Shown: positions 1 through 8,823, counted from the stretch's first letter. The stretch: DNA of 64,000 bases from a virus (IMGVR_UViG_2706796725_000001:18439-82438); one strand, 5' to 3'. The notes: a model not told the origin generated them from the letters alone. Made by a program: numbers and translations.

Positions 1-420
1 TGCAGGAATATGAGCTACGCTCAAAAGCATTTGCACACACAAGAAAGCTACTTAACAGTAGAAGAATATTGCAAGGAATAAGAAACATACAATAAGTAAT
101 TGTTATACAATAACAGGGCTAAGAAGAGTTGCAGATACTGGGTCAATATAAGCATAACAGCAATTACATCTTCAGTGTTCTTTCTTCTATGATTCCCTAT
201 TACATATCTTGTTTCTGCAACAATACTTGTCAGAATGATGCTTACTACTGTGTGCATAACTGTGTGCGAAGCATAGAAGTCTTGCACAGTAATCTAAGCA
301 AATAGTGGTGACATACCATCCTTCCACAACAAACATAAATCAACAATGATCTTTATAAGAAATACATAATTACATGTTCTATCCTTGCAAGATGTGTTGA
401 CCCCATCCCCTGCATGTTAT
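1..420. other. AT-rich non-coding region with recurrent TGCA motif
   Basis: No credible ORF. TGCA at 1, 32, 70, 130, 216, 253, 283, 386 and 411. Small hairpins GAGCTACGCTC and GCGAAGC. Confidence 0.45.
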
Positions 421-553
421 TTTCTCTATATAATAATTCTATAAGAAATTTAACCAAAAAAGGGGACATCCATGACCCCCTACCTTGTGTGATCTTTTCT
501 TTATATAATATTTATATAGGAAATTTAACAAAAAAGGGGACATCTATGTCCCT
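420..553 (-). repeat. Tandem ~60-bp imperfect direct repeat, each copy ending in a terminator-like hairpin
   Basis: 420-479 and 495-553 share TTTTCTYTATATAATA..TATA.GAAATTTAAC.AAAAAAGGGGACATCYATGWCCC. On the minus strand this reads as a GC hairpin plus a T-run. Confidence 0.8.
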
Positions 554-559
554 CCTATC

Positions 560-1210
560 TCAAATCTGACCTCTAACTTTAGCTATCCATCGCTTAATTG
601 TACGAACAGACACCTGCATAACCTCAGATATTTGCTTATTTGTTAACCCCTGTTCCTTCATTAGGAAGGACTGAATCTCCTTGTTCTTACCTAATCCTTC
701 CTCAATCATAACTTGCAATGCGTGAATCTTGGCACTCATCACCTTATGTTCTTGTTCCAACCTATCTACCCTGATACTTTCATGATATTTCATCTTAGAA
801 CTCCATACTGTATTTATGTGCTGTTTAGGTGTACGAGATTTCTTCAATGTCCTCTTGGATAGCATTTTCTTCCTGCACAACATTTTCTGAATAGGGTGAT
901 CCTGTAACCTTTCAAAGACCTCTTTTGAGAAGTTATGTGGTAGGCTTATATTACCTGCTTCAGCATACAAATCCAAACCACTACCATGTTCAACCAACAC
1001 TTCTTCCACTATATCCAGCAACACCACATCTGGGTCTTCTATGCTGAGGTATATCCTTTCGTTTATATCTAACAACATTTCAAAGGTGATGTATTGTTTG
1101 TCTGGGTCTCTAAACTGAGAGAACAGTTCTCTATGCAATTTCTCACCCTTGCAAATATACCTATTCCCCTCTCTGTATAATTGTCTTTGTTCATCTGTAA
1201 ATTTTGGCAA
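560..1210 (-). CDS. Hypothetical protein with C-terminal helix-turn-helix
   Basis: 216 aa. C-terminal GLTNKQISEVMQVSVRTIKRWI is a typical HTH. Confidence 0.7.
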   Translation of the reverse strand: MPKFTDEQRQLYREGNRYICKGEKLHRELFSQFRDPDKQYITFEMLLDINERIYLSIEDPDVVLLDIVEEVLVEHGSGLDLYAEAGNISLPHNFSKEVFERLQDHPIQKMLCRKKMLSKRTLKKSRTPKQHINTVWSSKMKYHESIRVDRLEQEHKVMSAKIHALQVMIEEGLGKNKEIQSFLMKEQGLTNKQISEVMQVSVRTIKRWIAKVRGQI

Positions 1211-1211
1211 A

Positions 1212-2674
1212 TTAATCTCCCCAATATATGTTCATATCTATAATCTTGCTAGGCATCTGTAATACATCAATGGCACGTGTAGTTGCTACATAGAACAGAT
1301 TAACCTCTTGTGGAGGCATATCTTCCCATGTAATTGACTCAGGAATTGCGAAGTCATCTGCTAGGATCACTTGGCTCCATTCCCTACCCTTACTCTTGTG
1401 TGCTGTAGTTAATAAAATATCTACACCGGTTGGGCTGTTAGATAAGTTTTCAAGACTGTCTACGAAATCCTTAACACTACCATCCATCACTATCTTAAGC
1501 AACACGTTTCAATTCACCGCCTTCCTTAGCTTCCTCCATCAGTTCTGCCCAACTGCTGTAGAGTGCTATGTCTTCATCCTTAACCTTCTTCAAATCCCCT
1601 TTATACAGGAAATATGCACTCCATAGCATATTGATGAATTTCTTAATATCCACTTCACAATACACACTCCTACCTTGCTGAACATAATCCACTGCATCAT
1701 AGAACAGAGTAGAGTTGAGTCTGTATATCTTAGTGAAAGGTTTGCTTTGATCTATTTCCCCCACCTTACTATCAATATGTTCAGACCCTTTTACATCAAT
1801 CGCACCACTAATAATCCATTTAGCTGCTGCTGCTATCTTCTCACCATACCTGAAACTCTTGGTTAAAGTTTTACTGGGTGCAGTAATAATCTCCATAGCA
1901 TTCACAGCACCTCTGAATTGGTAGATGGATTGGTATTGATCCCCTACATAGATTATCTTGCAAGATTGCCTTTGAATAATATCCAGTACACAAGGGTTTG
2001 TATCTTGTGCTTCATCTACATAAATAATATCGTAATTCAGTTTAGGCTGAGAGAGCTGCCATAGTTTCAATACACCATCAAAACCCACTAGAACGTCTGT
2101 GTGAGGGTTTATCTTGTCAGCCCACATCTTAATAGCTGTTTTGTGAATGAGGCTCACAAAGGCTTTCTTGTCAATCTCAGGGTGTGTTTTCCCCTATGGC
2201 TACAATCTCTTGATATGGCACATGCTTCTGGGATAACTCCATATCTGCTGAATTCTCAAAACGTGTTATTGTACGCTTAACCAAGCTGGCAATAGCATTA
2301 GGGGTGATTAGGTCATCATACCCTGCTGGGAAAGGTTTGATCTTATAATAGATTGCAATCTCACTGGCTGTACCTGCACAATTCTTATACTTACCTTTAG
2401 GTCTAACACACTTTCGAGTGATGCTGTAATCTATGGAAGAGAATGCCATGGAGTGAGATGTTCTACAGTCTACATGATCAGGAAATTTAGACTTAGCTTC
2501 ATCTGCGATAGCCTTGTTAAAGCATAGATATAAACTACTTTGTGGATTAGCATCTGCTAGTACTTTCAATGTACTACTCTTACCTGACCCTGCAACAGCA
2601 TTAACCTTCATTACCCTTGTGTTTGTGAATGTTTCCAGTATGTCAAGCTGTTCTTGTGTTGGATTAAATTTCAT
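1212..2674 (-). CDS. UvrD/Rep-like superfamily 1 helicase, split by two frameshifts (~2190, ~1500)
   Basis: Walker A AVAGSGKSST; DEAQD; VGDQYQSIYQFRGA; LTKSFRYG; TAHKSKGREW; YVATTRA, collinear across three ORFs. Confidence 0.9.
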
Positions 2675-2707
2675 TATCTTGTCCTCGTTTCTCATAAATG
2701 AGAAGTT

Positions 2708-2736
2708 AGTGTATCATAGTAGAGAACATCAAGCAA
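2708..2736 (-). promoter_or_regulatory. Sigma70-like promoter
   Basis: TTGCTT-17 nt-TACACT upstream of the helicase gene. Confidence 0.6.
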
Positions 2737-2811
2737 CACTTATATGGAAAACAAAAAAGCCCAGTGAAAACACCAGGCCCAAATAATCAGTCCCTATTTA
2801 TTACATAGGGG

Positions 2812-3636
2812 CTATTCTGTAATATAGAAACTTTTTATCACTTCACCATCGTCGTATATTTTAGCTAAACTTTCATGTTCCAATTCCTCAAACTCTATTT
2901 CACAAAAGCTTCCACAATCAGGCATAATTATTTTTAACCCTCTCCCCCTGTTTGGTTCTAAATCTTTAAGAGGTATTCTTCCGTTTTTATCCTTCAAACA
3001 AGTTGCACCAATCTTCTCTTCGAGATGTGCCATCTTCTCAAATACTTCAGGGAAGTCAACCCTAATCTTATTCCAATACCCAGCACCCCCCTTAACACAA
3101 CCAACACAGTTGTTGTTACTGTAACCTAATGTGTACATTTCAGGACGTTTGATACCCACTTTCTCTAAGTAGTGTAGGCAGGCTGCTTTATCCATCTTTT
3201 TCTCAATCAATGGGAATATAGGAGAGGCTTGAGGGTATTGCTCCAAGAACCGTAATGCCCTGTTTATTTCTTTTTTGCTAAACTCAAACCCAAAAACTTG
3301 ATGCTTGTAATCAATCTCTTTTTCCACACTGTACCGTACAGATTTCTTCAACTCCAGTGTACACCTTGCCCCACTTGGGCCATTTATATATCTGGTCTTT
3401 TCTATCACATCGAATTGATCTAGATACTTATCAGACCTTCTAACATGTATAGGAAGACTATACCACTCTTCACACTCCTTTTTGAACCTGTCATTATCGG
3501 AGTGGGCACTATCTATTTTAAAGTAGATTAGTTCTATGTTCTCTCTACCATAAGCCTCAATAGCCAACTTACAGGCTATTGCACTTGTAACTCCTGCTGA
3601 CCACCAGCAAAGGATTTTACCATCAGATTTCAACAT
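2812..3636 (-). CDS. PAPS reductase-like / adenine nucleotide alpha hydrolase family protein
   Basis: PP-loop-like WWSAGVTSAIAC, CTLELKK and Cys cluster NNNCVGCVKGG. Confidence 0.7.
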   Translation of the reverse strand: MLKSDGKILCWWSAGVTSAIACKLAIEAYGRENIELIYFKIDSAHSDNDRFKKECEEWYSLPIHVRRSDKYLDQFDVIEKTRYINGPSGARCTLELKKSVRYSVEKEIDYKHQVFGFEFSKKEINRALRFLEQYPQASPIFPLIEKKMDKAACLHYLEKVGIKRPEMYTLGYSNNNCVGCVKGGAGYWNKIRVDFPEVFEKMAHLEEKIGATCLKDKNGRIPLKDLEPNRGRGLKIIMPDCGSFCEIEFEELEHESLAKIYDDGEVIKSFYITE

Positions 3637-3870
3637 TCTTCATCCTCCAGTATACCATACGTGTCATTCCGTGTTTCAATCCACACCACAGCACCACAAC
3701 TAAGTGGCTTGTCTGGTCTGTACACAGTCTGCAACCTCTTTCCATTTTCATCCTCATACTAACTGAATTAGCATAACTATATCTCCAAATGATTTGATGT
3801 GATGCAGTCTAAATCCCACAGTCTACGTCTCATATGCTATGTTGTCTCGTTACATGTATAATTTCGTCAT
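3630..3870 (-). pseudogene. Conserved phage hypothetical protein, multiply frameshifted
   Basis: RBS AGGAG and ATG at 3870. C-terminal VYRPDKPLSCGAVVWIET is a recurrent phage-protein motif. Several 1-nt losses upstream. Confidence 0.55.
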
Positions 3871-3898
3871 CAGCATTCTCCTATATTATATTAATAAA

Positions 3899-4585
3899 CT
3901 ATGTCCACAAACTCCGATAATACTTCCCAAACAATCTCAGCCCCTCCTGTATCCGTTCCTCATATTCCTTCATCCCTTCATAATCCACCTTGTATGTATC
4001 TTTATCTGTTTTCTCCATACGATACACTAAGGCTTCATCCTCACTACACACTTCTCCCTGCCTATCCATTGCAATAAATTTAATATCAGGAGTTCCTTCT
4101 TGAAGAAGATCCTTCCAGCTATCATCAAGAATACTCTGGAAAGAGAAGATCATGCAATCCAATACATAATCCCATCTTTCAAAGAACCTATCATCTGTTG
4201 TTCCGTCCCTATTGTATGCAGCAATCTCTTCTTGTGTAGTCTTCAGGTAATCTGGAACATCATTACAATCCACATTAGGTGCTCCATGTTTCTGTTCCTT
4301 TAGCTGTAATAACATTGGCAGAATAATATGGGCTAATGTTGTATCCATGCTCCATGTATCCCAATCATCAATCCTCACCTCTATTTTCTGCTCACGTCTA
4401 TCGAAGATCAGCCGATTCAGCTTGTTGTATACACATTGTATACTGTCTTCCAGTTTCTCTAGCCAACGTTCTTTCCAACCCCAATCCTTCTTAGCAGGCC
4501 ACCTGTAGGAGTATTTTTCATCCATGTAGTTTGAGAAGATATTGCAGGTGAGTCTGCTTGGATATTTGCCTATTTTAACTTTCAT
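3899..4585 (-). CDS. Conserved phage hypothetical protein
   Basis: 228 aa, including WDTWSMDTTLAHIILPML and GLRLFGKYY. Confidence 0.8.
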   Translation of the reverse strand: MKVKIGKYPSRLTCNIFSNYMDEKYSYRWPAKKDWGWKERWLEKLEDSIQCVYNKLNRLIFDRREQKIEVRIDDWDTWSMDTTLAHIILPMLLQLKEQKHGAPNVDCNDVPDYLKTTQEEIAAYNRDGTTDDRFFERWDYVLDCMIFSFQSILDDSWKDLLQEGTPDIKFIAMDRQGEVCSEDEALVYRMEKTDKDTYKVDYEGMKEYEERIQEGLRLFGKYYRSLWT

Positions 4586-4850
4586 CAGTCTCTTCCTTCC
4601 TAATTGAGAATTTTAAGGTCGTAATATCGTAACCCCTTTCTACTAAGAGTTCTCTAAGGGATTTACCTTAAAACAAATCTACACGTTCAAAAGCCATCAT
4701 CAACAACCTGCTGTCCCTTTTCATATCACGGTTACTACTACCTTCACCATTCCAGCAGTAGAATAAGTCTCTCTCCCCATATTCTTGCCCGTATTTAACT
4801 AATAGTTCATTAGGTTTGGCTTGCGGTTTTCTATATCTTTTAACCCTCAT
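4575..4850 (-). pseudogene. Hypothetical protein with an in-frame TAA at 4668-4670
   Basis: The frame continues after the TAA as GKSLRELLVERGYDITTLKFSIRKEETDES*. Confidence 0.6.
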
Positions 4851-5073
4851 TACCACCCCCTACCTTTGTTATATCCCTGTTTAGTTCTTTTTCAATATTT
4901 TCAATCCAAGCATCCAGCTCCTTAATATGCTTTTTATGGGCAAGGATTGCTTTTTGTTTACACTGCCATATATGTAGTATCTGGGTCTCCAGTAGGTGTG
5001 GTTTTAATCTCTTTCTTTCAGACGTAGGTAAGTCGTTCCACAAATTGTTGTGTTTATTTGGTGGTGTGTACAT
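4840..5073 (-). CDS. Hypothetical protein
   Basis: 77 aa ORF, operon-packed, RBS GGGAGG. Confidence 0.65.
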   Translation of the reverse strand: MYTPPNKHNNLWNDLPTSERKRLKPHLLETQILHIWQCKQKAILAHKKHIKELDAWIENIEKELNRDITKVGGGNEG

Positions 5074-5251
5074 AAATCCCTCCCAAAGATTCCTCTAAAG
5101 AGTTTCCTGTAGCAATATTAGGAGTAACCTTCTCAGGATCATACCCACTAATAATTGCCCGTAGTTTGTGCATATAGTCGAAACAGGGGTTTTCACCATG
5201 CTTATGTTCCAATCTCTCATGTAACCATATTAAGAATTCTTTATCACGCAT
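5054..5251 (-). CDS. Hypothetical protein
   Basis: 65 aa ORF overlapping its neighbours. Confidence 0.65.
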   Translation of the reverse strand: MRDKEFLIWLHERLEHKHGENPCFDYMHKLRAIISGYDPEKVTPNIATGNSLEESLGGIYVHTTK

Positions 5252-5654
5252 ACTTACCCCCTTTAGGCGTTACATTCCCACCGAGAACACGTTCAAGGCG
5301 TTTACCTCTAACACGAACTCCCGTCTCTTCAAATTCAACCTCAACGTCTTTAACACCATGGTAGGCAACAATCTTAACCCAACCATGTCTAACGGTTTCA
5401 TGTCGAGTACCAACCAGCTTCTGTGCATTACGGTCAATCCTTGTATTGTTAGGCTTCCATGTGAAACGTTTTTTACTCCTAAACCTTTCAAGAGGCTTAC
5501 TGGTAAGTATACTATGTGAAATCTCTCTTACGTCACCATTCTCCCACTCTACTCTGTAATACCTGTTACCACTCTTAACGCTTTTCATATAGGAATTAGT
5601 AATTGTAGCTTTCCCATCCACTGTATCAAATGTATAACCTGTTTCTAAGATCAT
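5244..5654 (-). CDS. Putative DNA-binding protein with HNH-endonuclease-type N-terminal repeats, no nuclease motif
   Basis: Two repeats of the type G..F.T..G...I..Y...K.V.VEF..G; no HNH catalytic motif. Confidence 0.5.
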   Translation of the reverse strand: MILETGYTFDTVDGKATITNSYMKSVKSGNRYYRVEWENGDVREISHSILTSKPLERFRSKKRFTWKPNNTRIDRNAQKLVGTRHETVRHGWVKIVAYHGVKDVEVEFEETGVRVRGKRLERVLGGNVTPKGGKYA

Positions 5655-5857
5655 AATTCACCCCTACTCAAATCATGAAACGTCATTGCTGAAATTAATG
5701 TAAGCTCGACATCTCTCCCCATCCTAGTATCCACAAACTCTAGTAATGACTTTTTGTAAGCCACTACTTTTGGATCTTCTTGCAAACCTCTTTCATGAAG
5801 TTCTTGGTAGAGTGTTTGAAGACTGTATTCTATGAAGTTATCATTGTGGAAACTCAT
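5651..5857 (-). CDS. Hypothetical protein
   Basis: 68 aa, ATGA-type overlaps. Confidence 0.65.
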   Translation of the reverse strand: MSFHNDNFIEYSLQTLYQELHERGLQEDPKVVAYKKSLLEFVDTRMGRDVELTLISAMTFHDLSRGEL

Positions 5858-6168
5858 TTAGGAAAACCTCCCACAAAATACAATGGATCAATACGGTAGT
5901 ATTCATAATCCCATTCATGTTTGAGTTGGGCTTTAAGTGGATCATCCCATGTAAGGGTTTCAACCTTCATGTAAATAAACCCATCATTGATAAATTGGTA
6001 TATTCCCACCACCTCACGTTCAGAAAAATAGTTTCTTGTTGATAACTTCAAAGACCTGTCTTTCAACATAGCTGAACGTATCACTCTTTTCCATTTACGG
6101 CGTGATATAGTCCGCTTCAATGGTTTCTTTGATGAATATCCTGTGTAATCCCTTCCTGTACAAGTCAT
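5854..6168 (-). CDS. Hypothetical protein
   Basis: 104 aa, operon-packed. Confidence 0.65.
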   Translation of the reverse strand: MTCTGRDYTGYSSKKPLKRTISRRKWKRVIRSAMLKDRSLKLSTRNYFSEREVVGIYQFINDGFIYMKVETLTWDDPLKAQLKHEWDYEYYRIDPLYFVGGFPK

Positions 6169-6575
6169 ACCGCCTCTCCCCGAATCTCTACATCAACAAC
6201 TCTAACACTATCCTTTCCACCTTTTCTCTCACGATATGTCTCAAAATCAACCCCACTCAAACATACGCCATGTTTGTTGTAAACCTCATAGAAGGCATGT
6301 TCCATGATTTCTCGGATGGAAGTCTTTTTGATGTAGTCTACATTCAGTTCGCTCATCTTCATCTCCTCCGCTAATTTCTTAAACTCGGCTACAGTGCCAA
6401 CTGAGTACCAATCCTCTCCCCCATCTGACCAATGTGGATTCCAAGCATTCCATGTACTATCAGTGCAAACAACTTCATGGTGACCCTCCACCTCAAAACT
6501 TGAATCTCTTTGGAAATTCTCCAAATTGTTCAAATCACCTTTCAATTCAATTACAGCATCTTTCATTGTTTTCAT
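6165..6575 (-). CDS. Hypothetical protein
   Basis: 136 aa, RBS AGGAG. Confidence 0.7.
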   Translation of the reverse strand: MKTMKDAVIELKGDLNNLENFQRDSSFEVEGHHEVVCTDSTWNAWNPHWSDGGEDWYSVGTVAEFKKLAEEMKMSELNVDYIKKTSIREIMEHAFYEVYNKHGVCLSGVDFETYRERKGGKDSVRVVDVEIRGEAV

Positions 6576-6585
6576 GCCACTCTCC

Positions 6586-6834
6586 TTAACCTTTAAATGG
6601 TATTGTTTGACTTCGTTCTAAGTATTCCCAGTATAGACCTTCAATAACCTCGTCAGAAGCTTCTCCGTCAACACTAAAAATAGGACCTTTAAATTTGAAC
6701 CGCACCACTACATCCCACATGCGCGATTTACGTTTGCACTCCAGTAAGGCTTCAGCTAAATCTACATCGCCCGTGAACCCAACCTCAATGAACATTTTCG
6801 AATTACTCATCTTCATCTCTCCAACAATTATCAA
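6586..6834 (-). CDS. Hypothetical protein
   Basis: 82 aa ORF; start uncertain. Confidence 0.6.
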   Translation of the reverse strand: MIIVGEMKMSNSKMFIEVGFTGDVDLAEALLECKRKSRMWDVVVRFKFKGPIFSVDGEASDEVIEGLYWEYLERSQTIPFKG

Positions 6835-6985
6835 TCAAATTTTGTGTCTCAACAGCCTCAACATTACCTCACCCGACCCTCTCTGTCAACACTAATCACA
6901 ACAATATTGTATTGAGCAAAGATTCTCACAATAAACGTGATTTTAAGGGATTATGAGCAGAAATATACACAAAACATAGGATGGG

Positions 6986-7100
6986 CGAGAAGGCTTCAAA
7001 ATGGCTCTCTGAGACGCTTTAGGAAGAAGGTATGCAATGGTACTGGGAAAGAGAGAAAACCCCTCAGAACGCAAAATAGAAGCTCTCAGAGGGGTTTGTG
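6986..7100. repeat. Dispersed ~115-bp element, copy A (SGS-like family)
   Basis: Aligns without gaps to 61456-61570; 89/115 identical by hand count, arms conserved, core diverged. Confidence 0.85.
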
Positions 7101-7117
7101 GAGAGAGTATTCAGGAA

Positions 7118-7372
7118 TCATGTGGTGGTATCAACAATCTTCCCATATTCTGCCACCAAACGTTCCATCATGTTGTCCCGACTACTAATTAAGGCATTCA
7201 AGGAACAGGCCAGAACTAGGTTGGCTGTATCACCTTCGATAGTGATATTGTTCCTACCATTACGTGCAGAGGTGAGAACAATATCACTCTCTTGCTGGAG
7301 AGTTTGTAACAGTTTGATGTTGGTGTTTAGCGTATTGATTTTAGTGATCAGTTTTTGGTGTTGTCCGGTCAT
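7118..7372 (-). CDS. Hypothetical protein
   Basis: 84 aa ORF with RBS. Confidence 0.6.
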   Translation of the reverse strand: MTGQHQKLITKINTLNTNIKLLQTLQQESDIVLTSARNGRNNITIEGDTANLVLACSLNALISSRDNMMERLVAEYGKIVDTTT

Positions 7373-7380
7373 GTTGTTCC

Positions 7381-7563
7381 CTATTTCTTGGTCAAAGCGT
7401 TAAACAAAGCTTGTCGCAGAGCTGCTGTCTGCACTTCATGCTCAATAACACTGCAAGCTGTCTTCAGAATTTGTTGCTGCTCAAGCTGATCATTTGTGAT
7501 TGTATCCACTCTCAAGAGTATTTCTGTAACAGCTTGCATGAATTCTTTATCTGTGATTTTCAT
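7381..7563 (-). CDS. Hypothetical protein
   Basis: 60 aa, RBS GGAGAAGG. Confidence 0.6.
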   Translation of the reverse strand: MKITDKEFMQAVTEILLRVDTITNDQLEQQQILKTACSVIEHEVQTAALRQALFNALTKK

Positions 7564-7841
7564 GCACCTTCTCCCACAACCAAATACTCCTCTCCACCCA
7601 TCTTCAACATTTCCAGACGGTCAATATCGAATGAACGATACCCACGGTCATTGTTGCTATACACTGGGATAACGTGATCATTCTTCTTGGCTGTCCCTGT
7701 CCCTTTGATGTCGGATTTCATTACACGCTTACAATTCATTGTGCGTGGTGAGCCATCTTTCTTCAGGAATCGTACACCAAAGAATTTACCTTTATCGTTT
7801 TGAATTAATTGTTTAGCTTGATTTCGTGTGATTGTTTTCAT
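7560..7841 (-). CDS. WYL_2/SH3-fold-like hypothetical protein
   Basis: FGVRFLKKDGSPRTM...GYRSFDIDRL pattern. Confidence 0.55.
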   Translation of the reverse strand: MKTITRNQAKQLIQNDKGKFFGVRFLKKDGSPRTMNCKRVMKSDIKGTGTAKKNDHVIPVYSNNDRGYRSFDIDRLEMLKMGGEEYLVVGEGA

Positions 7842-8286
7842 TTTCAATCCCCTTATAATATTGCTTCAATGTCTGAACACCACTCTGTTCACACAACTCT
7901 CCATACACATATCTGTTATAATGCTCCCATTCACTTACAAACAGATCACCTAGCCCAAGATAATCATTCACCCACTTAGCAACAGCACCTGAACGACTAA
8001 TCCCCATTAAACAATGTACCCAGATTTCTTGTACGCCTACTCTGTGGCAGTTGTTTACAAACTCGATAATACTGTCTGCTTTATCCTTTGTAAAGGCTGA
8101 TTGTGAATTATCTACATCGTAAAACACGTAGCAACGGAAGTGATCTACACGCCCTTTCAGGATGTTTCGCATAGCACGTTTGTGTGTATTTGAGTCACTA
8201 ATGCTGATGACGGATATTCCTGTGAGGTCTGTGGCGTTCAAGACGTTGTTGCAGAGTTCTTGTCTGGAGAAGAATCGGATTTTCAT
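7813..8286 (-). CDS. Protein-tyrosine / dual-specificity phosphatase-like protein
   Basis: CX5R loop VHCLMGISRS. Start placed at ATG 8286 behind GGAGG. Confidence 0.8.
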   Translation of the reverse strand: MKIRFFSRQELCNNVLNATDLTGISVISISDSNTHKRAMRNILKGRVDHFRCYVFYDVDNSQSAFTKDKADSIIEFVNNCHRVGVQEIWVHCLMGISRSGAVAKWVNDYLGLGDLFVSEWEHYNRYVYGELCEQSGVQTLKQYYKGIENENNHTKSS

Positions 8287-8287
8287 G

Positions 8288-8581
8288 TTAGCCTCCAACA
8301 ATCTTCTGATAAGCAGCCATAGAAATCTCTTTCCAGTCTGCACGATTAAACCCAACCATCCCCACCATGCAAAGCTGCTCATCACCATTCTCCAACACTT
8401 CCACACACTGCTCAATCTCACAGGATAATACCTCTGAGAAGCCGTTGTAGTCGTCTGGGGAAGCGTCTGAATAGGATGGCTGTTGTGACCCAATCACCAC
8501 TTCAACGTCCAGCAGAAAGGTTCTGAGGACGCCTTGGATGTAGGATTCGTGTTCTATTGTAACGATGTGTGTTTCTTTCAT
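8288..8581 (-). CDS. Hypothetical protein
   Basis: 97 aa, RBS GAGG. Confidence 0.65.
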   Translation of the reverse strand: MKETHIVTIEHESYIQGVLRTFLLDVEVVIGSQQPSYSDASPDDYNGFSEVLSCEIEQCVEVLENGDEQLCMVGMVGFNRADWKEISMAAYQKIVGG

Positions 8582-8619
8582 GTTTGTTTCCTCTTGGTTA
8601 TAACGTTATTTTGGTCGGC

Positions 8620-8823
8620 TTAGTAGGGTATAACGAAGTTTTTGCATGTGGCATCGTGATGCCAACCATTTGATGCTGTTGCAGGCTGGCAGCAGCGTGT
8701 CTCTGGGCAAACTTCGTGAACAAAGAGGTCAACCCCGTGTCGTTCTTTTATGTCTGCGACCATATCTTCGGTTTGATCTAACCTCAAATTATTAACCTCG
8801 GTCCTTAATTGATATATAGCCAT
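8620..8823 (-). CDS. Hypothetical protein
   Basis: 67 aa, RBS GAGG. Confidence 0.55.
   Translation of the reverse strand: MAIYQLRTEVNNLRLDQTEDMVADIKERHGVDLFVHEVCPETRCCQPATASNGWHHDATCKNFVIPY

Noticed and set aside
48-287. 79-aa minus-strand ORF
   Set aside because: Lies downstream of tandem terminators with no RBS and low-complexity composition.
1212-2695. Three-subunit or programmed-frameshift UvrD helicase (likewise DHFR, phosphoesterase, neck and head-closure genes)
   Set aside because: There are no in-frame slippery heptamers or stimulatory structures, the shift directions are mixed, and the downstream pieces lack RBSs. Single-base errors explain these more simply.
2812-3636. 7-deazaguanine modification pathway
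   Set aside because: No FolE, QueD, QueE, QueC or DpdA motifs are recognisable in the window. The PP-loop protein lacks a clear QueC signature.
4668-4670. Stop-codon reassignment (alternative genetic code)
   Set aside because: Only one in-frame TAA was seen. Long genes are intact under code 11, and TAA, TAG and TGA all terminate genes normally.
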